Part shown: one piece after another, positions 9,017 through 18,413 of the stretch | Numbering within the stretch: position 1 is the stretch's first letter | Layout of the letters: each line of letters starts with the position of its first letter | Assembly (NCBI GenBank): GCA_963838395.1 | Contig: CAWIQX010000014.1 | Location: 654,869-718,868 of the forward strand | Reading direction: 5' to 3' | DNA: 64,000 bases | DNA from: an uncultured Actinomycetes bacterium | GTDB taxonomy: Bacteria; Actinomycetota; Thermoleophilia; Gaiellales; Gaiellaceae | The notes under the pieces: generated by a model | Database searches by the model: none | What the model was told of the DNA's origin: nothing | The model's input: only the letters and a program-made list of their open reading frames with translations | Translations under genes and position numbers: made by a program

Positions 9017-11232
9017 GACTTGACCACCTCGACCGTCGCGTGCAGGTCCTCGGCGTGCTCCTCGGCGACCCGGGCGATTCCTTCGACCAGACGCCGGTTG
9101 ACGCGCGCTCGGAGCTCGACCGACGTTCCGTTCGAGCGGACGAGCACCGTGTCTCCGGAGGAGATGCCGCGCTGCCTGGCGTCCGGGGCGGAGATCTCGA
9201 CCTCGCGCTCCGGGCGCTGGAACTCGAGCTCGCGAACCCGCTCGACCGCGGGGCCGGAGAGGAACGCCCGGTAGCGGTGCAGCTGAAGCTCTCCGCCACC
9301 TCGCTCCGGCGCCGCCGAAGCGGCCTGTGCGGCGGCCGGCGAAGGTGCGTACGGCGTCCTCGACGGGAGCTCCGCTCGCAGGCCGATCTCGTCGAGCGAG
9401 AGATCCTGGAAGAGGCGCTCGGAGAGCTCGGCGAAGACGGCTGAGACGTGCGGGGAGATCTCGACGTCGAAACGCGTCGCGAGCTTGGAGATCCACGCGA
9501 GCTCGTCGGGGCACGGCGGTGTCACGGCTCGGCGCAACCGCTGCAGCCGTCCCTCGAGGTTCATCGTGGTGCCGTCGCGCTCCAACGCTCCGGTCGCGGG
9601 CAGGATCAGGTCGGCCCACCCTCCGGCCAGCTCGTGGAACATCGTCACCACGATCACCCGCTCCGCCTGCTCGGCGAGCGCCCTCACGCCAGGGTCCGCC
9701 GCGGCGTCCTCGCCCGACACCACGAGCACGCTGATCGTGTCCGGCTTCGTCTCCTCGGCATCAGCGGCTGCCGACCAAGCGGCCGCTACCGCCCGGCCGT
9801 TGGGGGTGACGGGAAGGTGGAAAGCCCCGCACCCCGGCTTGTCGGCGAAGCCGAGCTCGTGCGCGAGCTCCGCGATCCTCGCCCCACCACCGCCCCCGGG
9901 CCCGGACCAGACGAGCACGGCGCGATCCGCGGCCCGCAACCGCGCCCCGAGCTCGCTCCCGATCTCGGAGAGCTGGCGACAGAACGCCGCCGAGCCTCCA
10001 GGTGCGACCTTCATCGTTCCCGTCGGCGAGCCGACGACGATCTCGGCTCCGCGGCGCCTGGCCTCCTTCAGCCAGAGATCCACGATCGGCGCGCGCTCGA
10101 CGACCGGGTCGTCGCCGACTACGACGACGAGCTCCGCCTCGGCGATGGCGGACAACGGGAGCCGGAAGGCCTCGAGCGCGTCGGAGGTCGCTTCGGGAAG
10201 GACTGCGGAGTGCGCCCCGACTCCCGCTCGCAGGAGGCGCCCGAGCGCATACGCGATCTCGGTCGTCTCCGCCCCCGAGAGCGCGGTGACGATCCCGCCC
10301 TCGGCCTCGCGAAACATCTCCTCCGCGGCGTCGAGCGCTTCGTCCCAGGAGATCTCCTTCAGACCTTTCGACCCGCGCCGGAGCGGCGTCGTGATGCGGT
10401 CTCGAGCGCGCAGATGCGGGTACGTGAAGCGCCCCTTGTCGCAGAGCCAGCCGCGATCGATCTCCGCATGGTTGCGCGAGAGGATGCGCTTGACCTTGCC
10501 CTCGCGAATCGTCGCCGTCGTGTTGCAGCCGGTGGCGCACCCCGTGCATACGGTTGGCACGTTCTGGATCTCCCACGGACGAGCTTCGAAGCGATATGAG
10601 GTCGACGTGAGCGCACCGACGGGGCAGAGCTCGATCACGTTGCCCGAAAAGACCGAGCGGTAGGGCTCGTCCTCGAAGGTCGCGATCTCCGAGCGGGCGC
10701 CGCGATTCCGCGCGATCAGGAGCCCGTCCTCGGCCACCTCCTCCGAGAAGCGCGTGCAGCGGTAGCAGAGGATGCACCGCTCGCGATCGAGGGCGATCAG
10801 CGGCGAGACGGGGATCGGCTTGTCGAACGTCACCTTGGGGAAGGTCATCCGCGTTGCGCCAGGCCCGTACCTGAAGGTCAGGTCCTGCAGGGGGCACTCG
10901 CCGCCCTTGTCACAGACCGGGCAGTCGAGCGGGTGGTTGACGAGGATGAACTCCAGCGTCGCCTCCTGGCCGTCGGCGGCTTTCGCGGAGGTCGCGGCGG
11001 TGCGGACGACCATCCCCTCGGTCGCCGTGAGCGTGCAGCCCGCCTGCAGCTTCGGGATCCCCTCGATCTCGACGAGGCACATGCGGCAGGCGCCGATCGG
11101 CGGGCCCAACCTCGGCTCGTAGCAGAACACCGGAATCTCGATCCCGGCCGCGAGCGCGGCCTCGACGAGCCCGCTGTTCGCGGGTACCTGCACGGAGCGG
11201 TCGTCGATGGTCAACGAGACGAGTTCAGGCAT
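9013..11232 (-). CDS. nuoG: NADH-quinone oxidoreductase subunit G (75-kDa Fe-S subunit)
   Basis: 739 aa from MPELVSLTIDD. Fe-S motifs CYEPRLGPPIGACRMCLVEIEG, HPLDCPVCDKGGECPLQD, RCILCYRCTRF, CPVGALT. Long molybdopterin-oxidoreductase-like C-terminal part. Confidence 0.93.
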   Translation of the reverse strand: MPELVSLTIDDRSVQVPANSGLVEAALAAGIEIPVFCYEPRLGPPIGACRMCLVEIEGIPKLQAGCTLTATEGMVVRTAATSAKAADGQEATLEFILVNHPLDCPVCDKGGECPLQDLTFRYGPGATRMTFPKVTFDKPIPVSPLIALDRERCILCYRCTRFSEEVAEDGLLIARNRGARSEIATFEDEPYRSVFSGNVIELCPVGALTSTSYRFEARPWEIQNVPTVCTGCATGCNTTATIREGKVKRILSRNHAEIDRGWLCDKGRFTYPHLRARDRITTPLRRGSKGLKEISWDEALDAAEEMFREAEGGIVTALSGAETTEIAYALGRLLRAGVGAHSAVLPEATSDALEAFRLPLSAIAEAELVVVVGDDPVVERAPIVDLWLKEARRRGAEIVVGSPTGTMKVAPGGSAAFCRQLSEIGSELGARLRAADRAVLVWSGPGGGGGARIAELAHELGFADKPGCGAFHLPVTPNGRAVAAAWSAAADAEETKPDTISVLVVSGEDAAADPGVRALAEQAERVIVVTMFHELAGGWADLILPATGALERDGTTMNLEGRLQRLRRAVTPPCPDELAWISKLATRFDVEISPHVSAVFAELSERLFQDLSLDEIGLRAELPSRTPYAPSPAAAQAASAAPERGGGELQLHRYRAFLSGPAVERVRELEFQRPEREVEISAPDARQRGISSGDTVLVRSNGTSVELRARVNRRLVEGIARVAEEHAEDLHATVEVVKS

Positions 11233-12547
11233 GCACCGTCTCCGCGAGGTGAGCGACGTGCTGGTCGATGGGAGCGAAGGTGCCCTCGATCGAGCTTTGC
11301 CCGCCGAACGGGCAGCCGTGCCCGTCGACGTGCGCCTCGAACTCGGCGCGGTACTTCGCGAGATAGCTCGCGACCGGGTAGACGGCGAAGTCACCGAGCG
11401 CGCACAGCGACTTCCCGAGCATCCGGTCGCAGACCTCGTCCAGGAGGTCGAGGTCGGTGCGCTCGCCTCGGCCCTCTTCGAGCTTCGTCAGGATCTGCAC
11501 CAGCCAGCGCGTGCCCACGCGGCACGGGGTGCACTTCCCGCACGACTCGTGCATGTAGAACTGCTCCGCTCTCAGCGCCAGTTGCACCATGCAGCAGCGA
11601 TCGTCGACGACGATGATCGCGGCCGACCCGAAGAACGATCCGGCCGCCTGGATCGAGTCGTAGTCCATCGGCGTGTCGATCTCCGCGGGGGTCAGCACGG
11701 GGACGGAGGAGCCTCCGGGGATGACCGCCTTGAGCTCGCGCCCGCCGGCGATGCCGCCGGCGACGTCGTAGATCAGCTCGCGGAGCGTGATCCCGAGCGG
11801 TCGCTCGTAGTTCCCCGGCTGGGCGACGTTCCCGGACAGCGAGAAGACCGCGGTGCCGGGAGCGGAGGGAACCCCGATCTTGGAGAACTCGGCCGCGCCG
11901 AGCTCGAAGATCTTCGGGACGAGCGCGATCGTCGACACGTTGTTGATCTGGGTCGGAGCGGCGTAGAGCCCGTTCACGGGCGGGAACGGCGGCCGAGGGC
12001 GCGGCTGACCGCGCTGGCCCTCGAGCGACTCGAGGAGCGCCGTCTCCTCGCCACAGATGTAGGCGCCCGCGCCGCGGTGAAGAACGATCGTGACGCCGCC
12101 GAGCAGGCCGGCCGTGCGCGCATCGTCGAGCGCATCGCGCATGACGTCGAACTCGTGCGCGTATTCCCCCCGGATGTAGATGAACACGCTCTCGCAGCCG
12201 ATGCCGTGCGCGGTGATCAGGCAGCCCTCGAGCAGGCGGTGCGGAGTCATCCGCAGCACGTCGCGGTCCTTGAAAGCGCCCGGCTCCGACTCGTCCGCGT
12301 TGACGACGAGGTACGTCGGCTTGCCGGTGTCCTTCGCCAGGAGCGACGCCTTGCGGCCCATCGGGAAGCCCGCGCCGCCGCGGCCGCGAAGGGTCGCGGC
12401 GCTGATCTCGTCCAGGACCGCCTGCGGCTCCAACGCGCGAGCCTTGTCGAGCGCCGCGTAGCCACCGACCGCGCGGTACTCGTCGAGCCGCGTCAGGTCG
12501 TGCTCTTCGGTACCCGCAGTGAGCAGGACGGGGCTACTCGCGTCCAC
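11225..12547 (-). CDS. nuoF: NADH-quinone oxidoreductase subunit F (NADH/FMN-binding)
   Basis: The GTG at 12545-12547 overlaps the end of nuoE. Motifs GRGGAGFPMGRK, YLVVNADESEPG and 4Fe-4S ESCGKCTPCR. Confidence 0.93.
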   Translation of the reverse strand: MDASSPVLLTAGTEEHDLTRLDEYRAVGGYAALDKARALEPQAVLDEISAATLRGRGGAGFPMGRKASLLAKDTGKPTYLVVNADESEPGAFKDRDVLRMTPHRLLEGCLITAHGIGCESVFIYIRGEYAHEFDVMRDALDDARTAGLLGGVTIVLHRGAGAYICGEETALLESLEGQRGQPRPRPPFPPVNGLYAAPTQINNVSTIALVPKIFELGAAEFSKIGVPSAPGTAVFSLSGNVAQPGNYERPLGITLRELIYDVAGGIAGGRELKAVIPGGSSVPVLTPAEIDTPMDYDSIQAAGSFFGSAAIIVVDDRCCMVQLALRAEQFYMHESCGKCTPCRVGTRWLVQILTKLEEGRGERTDLDLLDEVCDRMLGKSLCALGDFAVYPVASYLAKYRAEFEAHVDGHGCPFGGQSSIEGTFAPIDQHVAHLAETVHA

Positions 12548-13007
12548 GGAGCTCCTCGAGCAGACCGGGCACGTCCTCGGGACGTAGCGGCTCGTGGTAG
12601 ACGTGGTCGACGACGACCACCGGAGCCCGGCCACAGCCACCGGCGCACTCGATCGCCCGCAGCGTGACCTCGCCGTCGTCGGTGGTCTCGCCCGGCCGGA
12701 CACCGAGCTCGCTCGCGAAAGCGTCGAGCACTGTCTGGGCGCCGGCGAGCGCGCAGGAGAGGTTGGTGCACACCTCGACCATGTGCTTGCCCACCGGCTC
12801 GAGGTGGTACATGTCGTAGAAGGACGCGATCGAGTGGCAGAACGCCGGTGTCACATCGAGCGCGTCCGCGACCTCGCGCAGCGCCTCGGGCGGGAGCCAG
12901 CCGTCGTGCTCTTCCTGCGCGAGCCGGAGCGCATCCATCACCGCGGAGCGGCTCTGCGGGTATTTCCGGCGCAGCTCCTGGATCTTCTCGTACGTCGCCG
13001 TGGTCAT
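12534..13007 (-). CDS. nuoE: NADH-quinone oxidoreductase subunit E (2Fe-2S)
   Basis: 157 aa from MTTATYEKIQ. Cys ligands in CTNLSCALAG and ECAGGCGRAPVVVV. The ATG overlaps the nuoD stop (ATGA, 13004-13007). Confidence 0.9.
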   Translation of the reverse strand: MTTATYEKIQELRRKYPQSRSAVMDALRLAQEEHDGWLPPEALREVADALDVTPAFCHSIASFYDMYHLEPVGKHMVEVCTNLSCALAGAQTVLDAFASELGVRPGETTDDGEVTLRAIECAGGCGRAPVVVVDHVYHEPLRPEDVPGLLEELRGRE

Positions 13008-14273
13008 CGATCCGCATCTCCCATGACGGGGTCGAGCGAGCCGGCGATGGCGACGAGGTCGGCGACCAGGCACCCCTGCACGGTCGTGGCGGTCGCCTGC
13101 AAGGCGGCGAAGCTCGGCGCGCGGAACTTCACCCGCCAGGGCCGGGCCCCTCCGTCGGAGACGAGGTAGCACCCGGACTCGCCGCGCGGCGACTCGATCA
13201 CGACGTAGACCTCGCCCTCGGGCACGACGTAGCCCTCGGTGACGATCTTGAAGTGGTGGATCAGGGACTCCATGGACGTGTGCAGCTCGTGCCGGGGCGG
13301 GAGGACGACCTTGCGGTCGTCGGCGATCCACGGCTCTCCCGTCCATCTCGTCGATCCGGTCGAGGCACTGGCGGACGATGCGCACCGACTCGCGCATCTC
13401 GTCCAGGTGCACCTTGTAGCGGTCGTAGACGTCGCCGTTCGGGTAGACGGGGACGTCGAACTCGACCTCGTCGTAGGCGAGATAGGGCATCGTCTTGCGG
13501 AGATCCCAGTTCACGCCCGAGGAGCGGAGCATCGGCCCCGACTGCGCGAGCGCGAGCGCGTCGTCCGCCGAGAGGAGCCCGATTCCCTTGGTGCGCTCGA
13601 GCCAGATCGCGTTTCGATCGAGCAGCGATTCGTACTCGTCGAGCGAGCGGAGCATCCGCGGGAGGAACTTCCGCGTCTCCGCCGTGAAGCCGGGCGGAAG
13701 ATCCTCGGCGAGCCCGCCGACCTGGAAGTAGCGCGTGTGCATGCGCGTCCCGCCGGCCATCTCGAACAGGTCGAGGATCTCGTCGCGGTCGTCGAACGTG
13801 TACCAGAGGAGCGAGATCGCCCCGAGCTCGAGGGCGGAGGTCCCGAGCCAGATCAGGTGCGAGTGGATGCGGTTGAGCTCGGTCAGCGCCATCCGCGCCC
13901 AAGTCGCGCGTCGCGGGACCTCGATGCCGAGCAGCTTCTCGATCGCCAGCACGTAGACGAGCTCGTTGGACTGGAACGAGACGTAGTCGATCCGCGGCGC
14001 GTACGTGACCGACTTCCACCACGTCTTCGACTCCATGTTCTTCTCGAAGCCGGTGTGCAGGTACCCGATCACCGCGCGGATGCCGGCGACCGTCTCCCCG
14101 TCCAGGTCGACGATCAGTCGCAGGACGCCGTGCGTCGAGGGGTGGTTCGGCCCGAAGTTGATGGTCAGGATGTCCGCGAGGTCGTGCTTGTCCGGGTCGA
14201 TCTCGAGGATCGTCGGGACCGGGCTCGGGATCCGCGTGCCCTCGTAGATGCGGGTGGAAGGAAGGACGGCCAC
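13004..14273 (-). CDS. nuoD: NADH-quinone oxidoreductase subunit D (one frame disruption near 13338)
   Basis: INFGPNHPSTHGVLRL and HTGFEKN lie in the frame of ORF 12534..14273. The C-terminal MESLIHHFK..ESPRGESGCYL..DPVMGDADR lies in ORF 13004..13273. The join ..RIDEMDG|EPWIADD.. needs a 1-nt shift. Confidence 0.9.
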
Positions 14274-14279
14274 GTTCGC

Positions 14280-14830
14280 CTATTCCTCGTCCGAGAAGCG
14301 GACCGGCTCCCCGCCCAGTGGGTAGTCCTTGCGGTGCGGGTGCCCCTCCCAGTCGTCGTCCATGAGGATGCGGACGAGGTTCGGGTGGCCCTCGAAGGGG
14401 ATGCCCATCATGTCCCAGGCCTCGCGCTCGAACCAGTCCGCTGCCGGCCACACGGGGAGGACGCTCGCCACGGGCTCGCCGTCGTCGAGCCAGACCTGGA
14501 CGCGAACCCGCGCGGGCTCGTCGCTCACGCGGAGGAGGTGGTACGAGACGGAGAAGCGCTTGGGCTTCGGCTCCGGCAGGCGCGCGAGACCCTGAGAGCC
14601 CGGGAGCGTTCAGGTCGCGTCCGGTCGCGGTGCCGATGTAGCCCGGCGACTCCGACCTCTCCCCAGCCGAGGTAGTCGGTGGGCGTGATGTCGCTCAGGA
14701 AGTTGAAGCCGTGCTCGTCCCGCAGGGCGAGGCAGGCCTCGACGAGCCGCGCGGGATCGACGACGAGCGTCGTCTCGCCGTAGGACTCGCGCGTTTCGAT
14801 CACGCCCGGGACTCCGGCGTAGCTGCTCAC
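14280..14830 (-). CDS. nuoC: NADH-quinone oxidoreductase subunit C (at least one frame disruption, about 14585-14650)
   Basis: The C-terminal [18 protein letters not shown] lies in ORF 14280..14528. The N-terminal [45 protein letters not shown] lies in another frame. The GTG at 14828-14830 overlaps the nuoB stop. Confidence 0.85.
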
Positions 14831-15309
14831 TCGGCGACTCCGCGGATCTCGTACGCGGGAGGCACTCCCGCGCGGATCTTCTCGTGCAGCCGGATGACGC
14901 CCTCGATCAGCGCCTCCGGCCGCGGGGGGCAGCCGGGAACGTGCACGTCGACGGGGACGATCTTGTCGACGCCCTGCAGGATCGTGTAGTTCGCGAACAT
15001 CCCGCCGGAGCTCGCGCACGCTCCCATCGCGATCACCCATTTCGGCTCGAGCATCTGGTCGTAGACCTGAACGAGCGGCGGCGCCATCTTGTGCGTCACC
15101 CGCCCCGAGACGATGAGCAGGTCGGCCTGGCGCGGCGACGAGCTGAACTTCTCCATGCCGAAGCGCGAGATGTCGTAGCGCGACGAGACGACCGCGATCA
15201 TCTCCATCGCGCAGCACGCGAGCCCGAAGGTGTCGGGCCAGACCGAGCTCGACTGCGCCCACGCGACCGCCTTGCCGACGGTCGTCAGCAGGAGCGCGTC
15301 CTCCATCAT
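14827..15309 (-). CDS. nuoB: NADH-quinone oxidoreductase subunit B
   Basis: 160 aa with N2-cluster motifs [18 protein letters not shown] and VPGCPPRPE. There is a 111-nt gap to nuoA. An alternative frame stays open through that gap, so a longer frameshifted N-terminus cannot be excluded. Confidence 0.92.
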   Translation of the reverse strand: MMEDALLLTTVGKAVAWAQSSSVWPDTFGLACCAMEMIAVVSSRYDISRFGMEKFSSSPRQADLLIVSGRVTHKMAPPLVQVYDQMLEPKWVIAMGACASSGGMFANYTILQGVDKIVPVDVHVPGCPPRPEALIEGVIRLHEKIRAGVPPAYEIRGVAE

Positions 15310-15420
15310 GCTCGACCTCGCGCTCGAAGACGCCCGGCCCCTTGTCCGGCCAGAGCACCCGCTCCGACTGGAGGCCCGCCTCGGCGAGCGGTCGGTCGCT
15401 GACGACCGGCAGCTCCCGCT

Positions 15421-15786
15421 TCAGTGCCAGTTCAACGCTCCCTTCCGCCAGATGTAGACGTAGGCGACAGCCAGGATCGCGACGAAGACGAGGAACTCGA
15501 CGAGCCCGAACCAGCCGAGCGCATCGAGCTGCACGGCGAGCGGGTAGAGAAACACGATCTCGATGTCGAAGAGGATGAAGAGGATCGCCGTCAGGTAGAA
15601 GCTCACCGTGAAGCGGCGGTCCTGGCTCGGCGCCGCGACTGCGACCCCCGACTCGAACGGCAGCATCTTCTGCCTCTTTCTGGCGACCGGCCGCTTGGGG
15701 AGGATGACGGACGCAAGGATCAGGGATGCCGGTATCGCCGCCGCGAAGAGCGCGTAGATCAGGAACGGCAGCCAGTTCTGCAACAC
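15421..15786 (-). CDS. nuoA: NADH-quinone oxidoreductase subunit A
   Basis: 121 aa, 3 TM, ND3-like (FDIEIVFLYPLAV). GTG start. First gene of the operon. Confidence 0.9.
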   Translation of the reverse strand: MLQNWLPFLIYALFAAAIPASLILASVILPKRPVARKRQKMLPFESGVAVAAPSQDRRFTVSFYLTAILFILFDIEIVFLYPLAVQLDALGWFGLVEFLVFVAILAVAYVYIWRKGALNWH

Positions 15787-15951
15787 GCCTCGCTACCCCC
15801 GCGTGGGCCTCGGTCGTCTGTCTCGCGGCGAAACCTAGCACTCCCCTTTCCGGCGCACGAAGGGATCGGGGATTCCGCGCAGAATGCGCGATACGAGTGT
15901 CACAAACTCGGGTCTGGAAACGGCACCCTCGTCCGCTACCATGCGATTCAC

Positions 15952-16377
15952 ATGGCAACAATCGAGCATCCGTCGATATTCCCGGCGACACCCTGATCAC
16001 GCTCACGCCGGTTGCGGCGGCGAAGATCCGGGACCTGCTCGCCGAGGAGACGGACGACGGCCTCGTCCTGCGCGTGGCGATCCAGGGCGGTGGCTGCTCG
16101 GGCTTCCAGTACAACCTCGGCTTCGACAATCTGGCCGAGGGCGACCTGGAGCTCGAGGTGGACGGGCGTGCCGGTCGTCGTCGATCCGTACAGCGCGCCG
16201 TACCTGCAGGGCACGACGATCGACTTCCTGAACACGATCCAGGAGTCGGGCTTCAAGATCGAGAACCCGAACGCCGTCTCGTCCTGCGGCTGCGGCCACT
16301 CGTTCCAGGTCGCCGAGGACGAGGAGCTGCCCGAGGGGACAGAAGTGGGCGGCTGCGGCTCCGGCTGCTCGCACTGA
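15952..16377 (+). CDS. A-type Fe-S cluster carrier (HesB/IscA/ErpA family) with an extra Cys-containing tail; two frame disruptions (about 15972 and 16166)
   Basis: Pieces lie in three frames: MATIEHPS.., ..GDTLITLTPVAAAKIRDLLAEETDDGLVLRVAIQGGGCSGFQYNLGFD..LELEVDG, and VPVVVDPYSAPYLQGTTIDFLNTIQESGFKIENPNAVSSCGCGHSF, followed by the tail QVAEDEELPEGTEVGGCGSGCSH. Divergent from nuoA. Confidence 0.8.
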
Positions 16378-16442
16378 GCGGTTGAGATCCTCCGGCCGCT
16401 GTCGTAGGCTCCCCCTCTCTACCTACGGCGGGAGGAGCTGGC

Positions 16443-16874
16443 GTGAGGACGCTCTATGCGGTGTGGTCGTGGATCCTGTTCGCGGCAATCGTCGTGCAGG
16501 TCGGACTGGCCGGCTACGGCGCCTTCTATTCGGCCAGCAAGCTCGGCGACGAGGGTGCGACGATCGACGAGGACGTGTTCTTCGACGGCTTCGTCGCTCA
16601 TGCGATCTTCGGCTACATCGTCATGCTCGCGGCCCTGATCTTCATGATCATCGGCGTCGTCGCCGGGATCGGCAGGTGGCGGCTCGGCATGCACGGCGCG
16701 CTGTTCGCACTGCTCGTCCTGCAGATGATCCTCGCGTTCATCGGGTTCGAGGTGCCGGTCATCGGCTTCTTCCACCCGGTCAACGCGCTCCTGATCTTCA
16801 CCCTGGCCGGCCTGGTCGCCTGGCGAGAGTGGCGTCTGCGTACGGCGAAGCCGGATCTCGCACCAGCGGTCTAG
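16443..16874 (+). CDS. Hypothetical 4-TM membrane protein
   Basis: 143-aa ORF with a GTG start 5 nt after GGAGGAG. Four clear hydrophobic helices. I recognised no family motif. Confidence 0.55.
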   Translation: MRTLYAVWSWILFAAIVVQVGLAGYGAFYSASKLGDEGATIDEDVFFDGFVAHAIFGYIVMLAALIFMIIGVVAGIGRWRLGMHGALFALLVLQMILAFIGFEVPVIGFFHPVNALLIFTLAGLVAWREWRLRTAKPDLAPAV

Positions 16875-16885
16875 CCCCACCTACG

Positions 16886-18413
16886 TCATTCGGGAGCGTT
16901 GTCGTGCTCGCCGCCGACGTCGAACGGCGTCGTGACGCCCGCGTAGGCGACATGCATCGTCAGGCCGTCGGCGGCATGGCGCAGGTTGTGGCAGTGATCC
17001 ATCCAGAGGCCGGGGTTGTCGGCCCGGAAGGCAACGCGATAGCGCTCGCCGCGGTCCGACGTCGAGCGTGTCGGCCCACCACGGACTGCCTGAGACCGGC
17101 CGGTCGCCGCGGCTCAGCACGAGCACGTGGTGACCATGCAGGTGCATCGGGTGGTGCGCGTCCGTCTCGTTCGAGATCTCGATCTCGACGAGATCCCCCT
17201 CCTCGACGAGGAACGTCGGTACGTGCGGGAAGATCCGGCCGTTGATCGCCCAGTGCATCCCGGGCCGGCCGTCGAAGAAGCCGGGCTTCTCGGAGATCGC
17301 GAGCTCGAACCGGCGGTCGAACGCGCTGGAGGCGTCGAACGGTGTCGCCGCCGGCTCGCCGTAGGACGTCGGGTCGAACACCGGCAGCTCGGGCGACACG
17401 ACCGGGGCTGCCTCCTGGCCGGCGTTGAGCGCGAGCGCGGCGCCGGTGTCCACGAGGGAAAGCCACACCGGTGACGCCGGCACGGTGAGGGCGACGTCGA
17501 CGCGCCCGCCGCCCGGGACCTCGAGGAGCGTGTCGCTCAGCTCCTCTGGCTCGTTCAGGTCGGTGCCGTCGAGCGCGACGACTTCGAAAGGCGCTCCGGT
17601 CAGCGCGAAGCGGTGAGGGGAGTTGTCGGTGTTCACCAGTCGCAGGCGGGCCCGCGTCCCGGCAGGGACGTCGAGTCGATCGACCCCCTCGTTGGCATCG
17701 AGGGTCGGGATGCCGTCGAACGTGTGCGCGAGGATCACGCGGTCGAGGTCGAACTGCGTCGGGGCGGCGGGCTCGATGACGATCGCGCCGAAGAGCCCGC
17801 GCCGAACCTCCTTCGAGGACGCCTGATGCGTGTGGTACCAGAACGTGCCGACCTGCTCGGCGCGGAAGCGATACACGTAGCGCTCGCCCGGCAGGACCGC
17901 GTCCTGGGTCACGCCCGCTACCCCGTCCTCGGCGTTCGGCACGTCGATGCCGTGCCAGTGGATCGTCACGCCCTGCTCGATGTCCTCGTTCTCCAGCGTC
18001 ACCTCGACGAGGTCGCCCTGGCGCACACGGAGCTCCGGTCCCGGCGAGCGTCCGTCGAAGGTCAGCGCGTCGACGCGCCGGCCGGAGGCGAGCTCGATCG
18101 TCGCCTGCCGCGCCGTGAGCGTGTAGCTGGCGTCGGGCTCGCCATCGCGCGGGCCGTGCAGGCTCGCGACGCTCATGCCGGGCAGGGAGCGCCGCCGTGT
18201 TGGGCGTGAGAGACCTCGCTGCCGCCGCCGAAGTCGACCCGTCCGTGATCCATCACGTTGTACGTGCCCGGGAGACGGCTGTCCCACCACATGAGCCCGA
18301 CCCAGACCGAGCACCCCCGCGGCGAGGACGGTCACGAGAGCGATCAGCGTGCCGAGAGCTGCCTTGCGCACGGCAATAGGATGGCGATCCGTGAGCGACG
18401 ACGGCGCAGGCAT
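16886..18413 (-). CDS. Multicopper oxidase (three frame disruptions, about 18300, 18185, 17055)
   Basis: Copper-site motifs TIHWHG, WYHTHQ and HPMHLHGH. The shifted C-terminus carries LWMDHCHNLRHAADGL, ending in a TGA at 16886-16888. The N-terminal TM/signal region and the conserved LPGTYNVMDHGRVDFGGG lie in another frame. Confidence 0.85.

Noticed and set aside
3916-14675. Long plus-strand ORFs antisense to the nuo genes (3916..5307, 5488..6627, 8222..9274, 9448..10599, 9485..10663, 11207..12667, 13239..14675)
   Set aside because: Their translations are Arg/Asp/Glu/His/Pro-rich low-complexity strings with no motifs. This is typical of the open antisense frames of very GC-rich coding DNA. 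The opposite strand encodes motif-perfect complex I subunits.
7524-16129. Over-long minus-strand ORFs (7524..9299, 8018..9619, 12534..14273, 14525..16129) that look like fused or extended nuo proteins
   Set aside because: They are read-through of out-of-frame upstream sequence, or of frame-shifted neighbours, into a real gene. Only the C-terminal (or N-terminal) parts carry subunit motifs. Real starts are marked by ATGA or GTGA overlaps.
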